A DNA stretch of 64,000 bases, taken from the NCBI GenBank assembly GCA_951406725.2, contig OX597840.1, positions 1,364,001 through 1,428,000 of the forward strand, given 5' to 3'. Positions 56,629 to 64,000 of the stretch are shown one piece after another. A model generated the notes under the pieces. That model had not been told where the DNA came from. It searched no databases and saw only the letters and a program-made list of their open reading frames with translations. Both the position numbers and the translations under genes were made by a program. This DNA comes from Octopus vulgaris (taxonomy: Eukaryota). Each line of letters starts with the position of its first letter. Position 1 is the stretch's first letter.

Positions 56629-57276
56629 GAGATATAACATGTTTTTAAAGTTTAAACGAAACATGAAAAATCAAGTCAAAGGAGATTTTACTTCTGTAAT
56701 AAAACACATTGAAGATCAGAAAATATTGAAGAGAATCAACGATAAAGTTGTAACGATATTTATTAATACGAGGAAATAAGATTATTTTGGAGGAAGGAAA
56801 AACTGTGTTTTGAACTCCTCTCGTCCTGGCGGCACTTCTGAAGATACATCTTTCAGAAACGTAAGGTCCTTGCATTCGGATTATGACGGTAGAGATTTTT
56901 GTGGTAGGGGAAGCGATTAGGGTACAAGGAAATAAGCCACAAAATACCCGAGAGCTAGCAGTATTCGAGTACATACTTGATTTACTTTTGTATATTAAGC
57001 ATACTTTTATTTATATTTTCTTTCCTCCTGTTATAAGGAATAAAGCAATATCTGGAAGGGAGGCCATGTAAGAACTCACCTTTGATGGAAGTCTGAGGAA
57101 GTGTCACTCTGATGCCTCAGACCATATATATTACGTATATTTTCATTTGGAATTTTTGCGTAAGTTAGCGTTGGAAGCGGTGATGGTAGAGAAGCAATTA
57201 TAACAAATCATGAAAGATATACTAAATTATTTCTATCTCTTATCATTTGTATAAATAATACATATATACATATACT

Positions 57277-57320
<44 letters not shown>

Positions 57321-57321
57321 T

Positions 57322-57703
57322 CGTGGCACTCCGTCTGTTACGACGACGAGGGACGATGGTCCATTTGATCCGATCAACAGAACAGCCTGCTTGTGGAATT
57401 AACGTGCAAGTGGCTGAGCACTCATCAGACACGTGTACTCTTAACGTAGTTCTCAGGGAGATTCAGCATGACTCAGAGTATGCTGGCCGTTTGAAGTACA
57501 TGTACAACAGAAACAGGATGGAAGAGTGAGAGAAATTTGTGGAGAAAGAGTACAGCACGGCTCGTAACCCTCCCCCCCCTGCAAGAGAGTCGTAGAGCTT
57601 TAAGTGATTTCACGCAATAAACACTCACAACACACGGTCTAGGAATCGAAACTGCCATGCTACGACCCCGAGTCCGCTGCTCTAACCACTCGATTATCGC
57701 GCC
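57322..57703 (-). mobile_element. SINE family N, second copy
   Basis: Reverse complement of 32295-32686. Confidence 0.85.
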
Positions 57704-57718
57704 GCTCTCTCTCACTCA

Positions 57719-57780
<62 letters not shown>

Positions 57781-57862
57781 GCATACATATTAGGTGGTGT
57801 TTACAACTTAACCAATCTTGTGCCTATCGTTTAAATAATTGATTCTATCCCGAATCCTTTAT

Positions 57863-57903
<41 letters not shown>

Positions 57904-57929
57904 CATATAAGAGGCTTGACCACTAAGTA

Positions 57930-58099
57930 GATATCCATTATGCTAGAATTCGATCCCCTGTGGTCTTACCACTAAGACAGGAATGTTCTCAAGAAAATTT
58001 AGCAAACGCCAGAACAGTATATAAGGTATATTGTCTTGGGAAGATTCCTTACTTACTGGTAAGACCATAGGGGGGTCGACTTCTAGCATAATGGATGTC
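57930..58099. repeat. Imperfect inverted repeat, ~69-bp arms and ~31-bp spacer
   Basis: GATATCCATTATGCTAGAATTCGATCCCCTGTGGTCTTACCA.. pairs with ..TGGTAAGACCATAGGGGGGTCGACTTCTAGCATAATGGATGTC. Confidence 0.88.
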
Positions 58100-58287
58100 A
58101 TCCCTCTCATATGTATATATAATTTTTCTCAATCGTCGAATTTTTCTGTATGCTAGAACATTGGTTTTAAATTGATATTAATCAAATTCATATTCAATTT
58201 TTCACCCTTATAATTTTTAATTTAATTATATATATATATATATATATATAGCAAATGACAGAAGACGGAATATCCGAGAATTTATTA

Positions 58288-58393
58288 ATCCCGACAGTTG
58301 TTTCGACACATCTAGTAGAGATTCCTCAGGCGTTGGACACTCAACAACTCTTTCAGGAGTGTCCAGCGGTGCTTATGTATCTCATTCGGTGAT
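58288..58393 (-). ncRNA. Degenerate minimal hammerhead-like motif
   Basis: Minus strand ATCAC-CGAATGA-GATACAT..ATGTGTC-GAAA-CAACTG-TC-GGGAT; the core is mutated. Confidence 0.5.
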
Positions 58394-59078
58394 AAATACA
58401 CACAACTCGTTTAAAATAACAGTTCCACAACGTAACTTCTCATTTTGTAGAAAAGAAAGCTGCCAGTCGGAGGAAATATCTTCATTTACATAGAAGACCA
58501 AAAATAAAATCACAGATGGTAAAAACAGAAAGGAACAGGCAATATAGCGAGATAAGTATTAAAATTAACCGTGAACAAATATGAATATCATCGTTCATAA
58601 GTTAAACTTACATCGATTCCTCTGTCATGGTTTTTTTTTATATTTATAATAAAATAGATACTTACAAATTAAAGAAATAATAAAAAACATATTTTGTATT
58701 GTTTCTTCTTTTCCCCTACAGCAGTGGGTTTTGAACGTAACTCTCGCGATAGGCGCGAGATTAGTGTATATATATATATATATATGTATGTGTATGTATA
58801 CATGTATACGGGTGAATGTGCGTGTGTGTGTGTGTGTGCGTGTCTGTGCGATACGAAATGCAACAAGAAAAGTACTCCATCTGGTAAGAGACAAAATATT
58901 TGTTTATTTAAAGGTCACAATACATGTATTAAAGCTCTACTAATAGTTCCATACGTAGAAAAAACCGAAATATTCTTTTGGCGGAAACCGCATATTATGA
59001 TATGTTGTTTACGCCGGAAGAATATGCTTGACTCTTGTCAACATCTTAAATTATCAGTATTAAAAATACATGTATTGT

Positions 59079-59192
<114 letters not shown>

Positions 59193-59262
59193 TTCAGAAC
59201 AATCTTACTTAGAAATGGATGTGTGCGTTCCGTCATATAATAAATTAATAAATAAATAAAAC

Positions 59263-59703
59263 ACATGCATATATACATACATATATGTAGGTACCTACCT
59301 CTACATGTATATATACATGCATATATGGGTACAGGACACCAAAAAAACGTCGAACTCAATGAGAAACGAAAAGATAAACACAAAACGAAGGAAATGGACA
59401 TTTTTTTTAACGACGAAAAAATAGAGTACAGGACGTACAAAAAGAAGGAAAATTCCCCTTCTTGACCTTCGAAACGTGGAGTAGTTGAAATTAAGGCGAC
59501 TGAAGAAGGAGAATTTTCCTTGTGTTGTATGTCCTGTACTCTATTTTTTCGTTGTTTTAAAAAAATGTCCATTTCCTTGGTTTTGTGTTTATGTTTTCGT
59601 TTCACATTGTGTTCGAGGTTCTTTTGGTGTCCTGTACCCGTATATGCATGTATATATACAAGTAGAGGTAGGTACGTACATTTATATATGTATATATGCA
59701 TGT
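59263..59703. repeat. Long imperfect palindrome, ~200-bp arms and 39-bp spacer
   Basis: 59263-59463 vs reverse complement of 59503-59703, about 90% identical by eye. Confidence 0.92.
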
Positions 59704-60336
59704 ATATATACATGTAGAAACGATCGTAGTGTTTTACTCATTATCTTTTATTAAACTTTTAATACATTTGATATATATTTAAAATAATATAAATTAATTA
59801 ATTTTATGTATTGGCTTAAGTTTTTCATTGTTTGATTTGCCTAATAGTGGTTTTATCTCTAATTTAATATAATATAATATTTTACTATAAAATTGGATTC
59901 AATCCTAAATCTGATTTTTTCCCTGTAAGTTTGGATTTATTCCCTAATATTTTATTATATATATATATATATATATAAATCAGTTTATACTGGAAGAGAA
60001 TACGCCTTTTAAATGAATTATGCATCAGATTTTGACTGTGAGAAATTCTCTTCACTAACATGTGTCCTGCAAATACTACATGGGAGTGAGCAGAAAATCG
60101 TTGCAGCTGTCTGTCACGAGAACGAGCGAGGCATTCCGCCATTTTTTTATCGCGCGTCAATGCTTTGCCCTCATTTGTCACATGCCAAGACGGAATTCGT
60201 GTTTAGATATATCTACTCCAGCAGTGAACAACATATAGAGTGGTAATAACAAAAGCTTAAAAGTGCTCTGAAGTTCGCAGTAACTTCAATAGAAGCACAA
60301 TTAAAATGAAAAGCGCCATCTGCGTCTATCACTTCA

Positions 60337-60397
<61 letters not shown>

Positions 60398-60503
60398 GTA
60401 TGTTTGGATATATGTATATATGTACATATATACTTATATATATATATATCAATATATATGTATGTTTGCATATATATATATGTACATATATATATGGATA
60501 TAT

Positions 60504-60549
<46 letters not shown>

Positions 60550-60591
<42 letters not shown>

Positions 60592-60615
60592 AGATAGATA
60601 GATAGATAGATAGAT

Positions 60616-60702
<87 letters not shown>

Positions 60703-60729
60703 AAGAAAGATAGATAGATAGATAGAAAT

Positions 60730-60808
<79 letters not shown>
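60550..60808. repeat. (GATA)n
   Basis: Directly visible. Confidence 0.97.
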
Positions 60809-60815
60809 TATGCAC

Positions 60816-60977
60816 TACGACTTTCTTTTCGTTTCCGCCTACGGAATCTCCTCATAAGGCTTTGATCGACTCGTTACTACAGAAGAAAACACTTTCCAGG
60901 GTACCACGCAGTGAATCTGAACCGAGAAGGACGAGGTTGGAAAGCAAGTTTCTTACCACACAGCCACTCCTGCGCCT
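60816..60977 (-). mobile_element. SINE family S1 5' half, degenerate
   Basis: GTTTCCG..AAGGCTTTG..CCACGCAGTG..CTTACCACACAGCCACTCCTGCGCC. Confidence 0.8.
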
Positions 60978-61009
60978 GTATATATACTTTCGTGGCGCAT
61001 ACTCGCCTC

Positions 61010-61452
61010 ACCGCCAAGACGGCTCTTCAGTTTGTGACAGGATTACTCATTTGCAATTTTGGATAGATTTAGCACGACTTGTATGTAGGTGCGCAGGCCA
61101 ATATTCCCTGTTGTCGGAAGGCCTATCTCTAGGAGTGTTACACATTTACAGCTGAATCTAGTGGGGCAAAGCGAAACAATATGTATTGCTGACGAAGAGT
61201 CACTTGTTCTATTAATAATTATCGAAATCGCCGCAATCATGCGTTCGTGAGCTCAACGCACTGACTACTAAGCCACCAGCCTCTCTCCTCTCTCTTTCCT
61301 TGGAAATTCAGGTACAACTCATTATTACAAACTGAGTAGACTGGAGCAACGTGAAATAAAGTGTCTTGCTCAAGGACAAAACGTACCGCCGGGAATTGAA
61401 CTAACGGCTTTAGAATCGTAAATTGAATACCCTAACTGCTAAGCCACGCGTC
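61010..61452 (-). mobile_element. Two decayed CORE-like SINE fragments in tandem
   Basis: GGATTACTCATTT..TAAGCCAC and CTGAGTAGACTGGAGCAACGTGAAATAAAGTGTCTTGCTCAAGGAC..TAAGCCACGCG. Confidence 0.65.
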
Positions 61453-62274
61453 TTAATTCCATGGATATGAAATACAAACGATGATAAACTCAGCTTCGTA
61501 GAAATTACAGAAATTCAGGCATTCATATAAGCATGCGAAATATATATTCATGTATTTATTATTTGCGAGGATGTAATATATTTCGGAGACGGTGAAAAAC
61601 ATAATTTATGATTTTCAAATAGAATTGAGAAGGAAAATCCAAGAGTTTGTAATGTTAGAATTTATATGTGAAACGGTAGACCGTAATTTATGGTATTTGT
61701 GTGATGTGGATGTGTCTGTGTTTGAAAATGGTAATCTGTTCTGTAAACCAATTTCGCCGAGTCTGCGACTAATCTTCGGTTCGAAGAATTTGTTTATAGC
61801 CTGAAGTCTTCGGTAGGCAGTTAGGTGAGCATCAAGCTCGCTCTGATTGGTCATATCAACACGTTGGCACAAATTTTCCGATAATCGGTAGCGTCTTAAG
61901 GTGTTTTGTTCCATGTTCACTTTAATGGTCATGTGACTGTTCATAATATAATGTCGAAGAGAGGTCACATGACCGACGATATTTCAGCGCCAAGACGGCT
62001 AAGGAATCTTGATTCAATGCTACTAATAAAAGCGACTATGTTTATGTATGTATGTGTGACTGTACATTTGATTTTACGAATGTGCGCACCGTAAACACAA
62101 ATAATACAAAAAGTGTGTGTGTGTGTGTGTATAATATGTGTGTGTGTGAGTGTGTTTGTGTGTGTGTGTGTTTGTGCGTGTGTGTGTGGGTGTGTTTGTG
62201 TGTGTGTGTTTGTGTGTTTGTGGGTGAGTGTTTGAGTGTGTGTGTGTGTTTGTGTGTGTGAGTGTGTTTGTGTG

Positions 62275-62315
<41 letters not shown>

Positions 62316-62457
62316 GAGTGATAGAGAGACAGAAGAAGAAAGAGATGAGAGTTATGGAAGACCATAACAAACGTAATATTACACACGCTGAAATTTTTTC
62401 AATTTTGAACACCTTTCTTTTATTATATAAAAACAGAATTGCAACAACCTAAGCACT

Positions 62458-62720
62458 GTGTGCGTAGCTTAGTGCTTAAGGTTCAATTCCACGGACGGGT
62501 GGTGTGTTGTGCTCATGGTTAAAAGACTTAATTTTACATTGCTCCAGTCTATCCAGCTGTAAATATAAAACACTGGTATTGACTAGCCGCTCAATAAGGA
62601 AGAATGCTGGTTCCTCCGCCTAAGCAGCAGACCAGCAGCGTTTGAAAGGTAAAACGATGCAAAAAGTGCATTGTGACCAGCGATGCATAAGAACAGCCAC
62701 TACTCTGCTCAATTACGTTC
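62458..62720 (+). mobile_element. Decayed CORE-like SINE
   Basis: GCGTAGCTTAGTG..GGTTCAATTCC..GTGTTGTG..TTGCTCCAGTCTATCCAGCTGTAAAT. Confidence 0.6.
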
Positions 62721-62890
62721 TCATGTAGTCATATGTATATATATATATATATAAGTAACAAATCCGATTTAGACCGAAGATCCGACATAGATTCAGTTCT
62801 AGGAGCAGCATAGGTATAAAACACGAACAAATTTACGGTTCAAAACTATTACACACACACATACACACACACAGACACACACACACACAT

Positions 62891-63178
62891 ATTCTCTTAT
62901 TCTCTTATATGTTTCAGTCCAATGACTGTGGCCATGCTAGAGCACCGCCATTGTAATCATCTTTACACTTTCTCCCTTTGTCGGAGCGGATTCTGGTTAA
63001 GGATGGATTTCGATGCTACTGCCCTCTTTTGAGTTTCTTGCTTAGATATTGGCTCATCCGGGATCTCCGCGAGTCAGTGGTCAAGTTCATGTTTGAAAAC
63101 GTCTACATCCACTCCATGGAGTTTCCTCAGATGCTTCGGCAGACAGTTAAACAGCTGTGGGCCCTTGAAACCCAAGCT
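62891..63178 (-). mobile_element. CR1-clade LINE 3' end carrying the S1 SINE tail
   Basis: SLGFKGPQLFNCLPKHLRKLHGVDVDVFKHELDH*LAEIPDEP..RAVASKSILNQ, followed by GGCGGTGCTCTAGCATGGCCACAGTCATTGGACTGAAAC(ATAAGAGA)n. Confidence 0.9.
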
Positions 63179-63196
63179 ATTATATATATATATATA

Positions 63197-63366
63197 CTTT
63201 ACTATTAAATCTGCAAAAGCATCACAAAAATAACAGAAAAAACTGCTACTCAGAATTTCACGTTCCCAGTCGATGAGCAGTTGTTCCCGATGAATGGGAA
63301 CAGGAAACTCTGAGCAGCAGCTTTTTGTGATAATTTTGCGATGTTTCTGCAGCTGTAATATTAAAG
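63197..63366. repeat. Decayed inverted repeat, ~70-bp arms
   Basis: CTGCTACTCAGAATTTCACGTTCCCA pairs with TGGGAACAGGAAACTCTGAGCAGCAG; pairing extends outward imperfectly. Confidence 0.75.
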
Positions 63367-63450
63367 CATAGTACTCTACTACCGGTATTCGAGTACTATT
63401 CTTACCCGACCTTGTTTCACATTTATGTGCTTACTCGGGTATATATATAT

Positions 63451-63642
63451 AGGGAGAGTTTACGAAAAAAAACAAATGACGAAGACAGGTGGTGTACAAA
63501 ACAAACAGATGTATTAGTATAACGCTCAGGAATAGAAAATATATTTTACGTTTCGAGCCTAGGCTCTTCTACAGAATGGGACACAGAAAGAAACAGGAAG
63601 AGAAACAAGGAGAGAAAAAATGTGTGTAGTCGCTAACGATCT

Positions 63643-63647
<5 letters not shown>
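63451..63647 (-). mobile_element. Family P1 short Penelope-like repeat
   Basis: Matches 41788-41985; minus strand CTGTAGAAGAGC-ctag-GCTCGAAACGT. Confidence 0.65.
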
Positions 63648-63675
<28 letters not shown>

Positions 63676-63962
63676 CATATTATGCTGATGTCAATTGCTG
63701 ACTTAGAGACATGCATATCACGACTTTACTTTCATCTCCTGAAAATAAACAAATCCCTTTCCCTATTGGAATGTCACCTATTATTCTTGATTCTTCAGAT
63801 TTTCTTAGCCTCTCCTGTGGACCTAGATTTCATTGGCATTTCGTAATTATCATGCTCCATCTGGAGACGGCGATAATTTTAATAAATCTACAATCTATAT
63901 TGGATGGTATTCAGTCTGTTTATATATATATATCTGTCTATCTATCTATCTATCTATCTATA

Positions 63963-64000
<38 letters not shown>

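Noticed and set aside
56640-57230. Old LINE remnant or exon
   Set aside because: No motif could be identified confidently in any frame.
61615-61968. 117-aa minus ORF as a gene
   Set aside because: No recognisable domain or exon structure; an ORF this long can arise by chance.

Overview
AT-rich animal non-coding DNA (large intron or gene desert). The repeat repertoire resembles a coleoid cephalopod such as Octopus; this is an inference, not checked by search. I find no convincing host exon. Nearly all ORFs in the track are translations of (TA)n, (CA)n, (TATC)n, (AAT)n or (GAT)n microsatellites. The remainder is transposon debris: R4/Dong-clade non-LTR fragments sitting in (AAT)n arrays (a train of about six at 7.2-10.6 kb), two CR1 3' ends, a Tx1/L1 RT fragment, Tc1/mariner remnants, three non-autonomous Helitrons and at least four tRNA-headed SINE families. 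The most notable signal is a set of non-coding fold-back elements with Penelope-type minimal hammerhead ribozyme motifs: one apparently intact at 34854-34932, several decayed, and a perfect 160-bp inverted repeat at 49925-50511. A CR1 copy at 62.9-63.2 kb carries the same 3' tail as the commonest SINE. A duplication at 51.5-52.8 kb looks like an assembly chimera. All coordinates and identities were read by eye.
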